Shown here: positions 63,835-64,000 of the stretch, piece after piece
Numbering within the stretch: position 1 is the first letter of the stretch
How the letters are laid out: every line of letters begins with the position of its first letter
Assembly: GCA_963422645.2 (NCBI GenBank)
Contig: CAXXVO010000010.1
Location: forward strand, 1 to 64,000
Reading direction: 5' to 3'
DNA length: 64,000 nt
Origin: Alphaproteobacteria bacterium
Lineage (GTDB): Bacteria; Pseudomonadota; Alphaproteobacteria; UBA828
Program-made: the position numbers and the translations under genes
The notes under the pieces: model-generated
The model's database searches: none
Told to the model about the DNA's origin: nothing
Seen by the model: the letters and a program-made list of their open reading frames with translations, nothing else

Positions 63835-64000
63835 TCAGACCATGAGGTAAGCGGCGCGGATTTCCTCGTTTTCGGCGAGTTCCGCCATCGATCCCTCGTA
63901 GCGGATGCGGCCTTTTTCGATGATGTAGGCGCGATCCGAAACCAGGGTCGACAAATGGAGGTTTTGTTCGGAGAGCAGAATCGACAGACCCTGCGCCTTC
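63835..64000 (-). CDS. 3' end of a LivF-type ABC ATP-binding protein
   Basis: SILLSEQN...DRAYIIEKGRI...IRAAYLMV*. Confidence 0.8.
   Translation of the reverse strand, partial: KAQGLSILLSEQNLHLSTLVSDRAYIIEKGRIRYEGSMAELAENEEIRAAYLMV

Overview
GC-rich, alphaproteobacterial-looking chromosomal window. The housekeeping core is glnB-glnA, argG, folD, yggT, glnS and tRNA-Arg(UCU), with amine/aromatic catabolic genes and a polyamine-type ABC transporter, all under a very heavy load of mobile DNA. Mobile elements resolved to the base from terminal repeats and target duplications: three related IS66-family elements sharing the end GTAACTRCCCAGGT, two of which carry a translationally coupled Dam/D12-class adenine methyltransferase; an IS21; an IS1595; two nested large DDE elements with CAG...CTG ends; a head-to-tail array of five IS110 copies (about 8.8 kb) that splits a Phd-VapC toxin-antitoxin pair; an IS1111-type element inserted in an IS21-like end; and an RT-less 5' fragment of a group II intron. 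For both IS110-family elements, candidate target and donor guide segments of the bridge/seek RNA can be read in the non-coding ends and match the observed insertion sites. There is also a 1038-aa fusion of a LivM permease, a 2-aminophenol dioxygenase alpha subunit and an arylformamidase-like hydrolase. Several single-base frameshifts, some in homopolymers, may be sequencing errors. All protein family calls come from motif recognition, not database searches.
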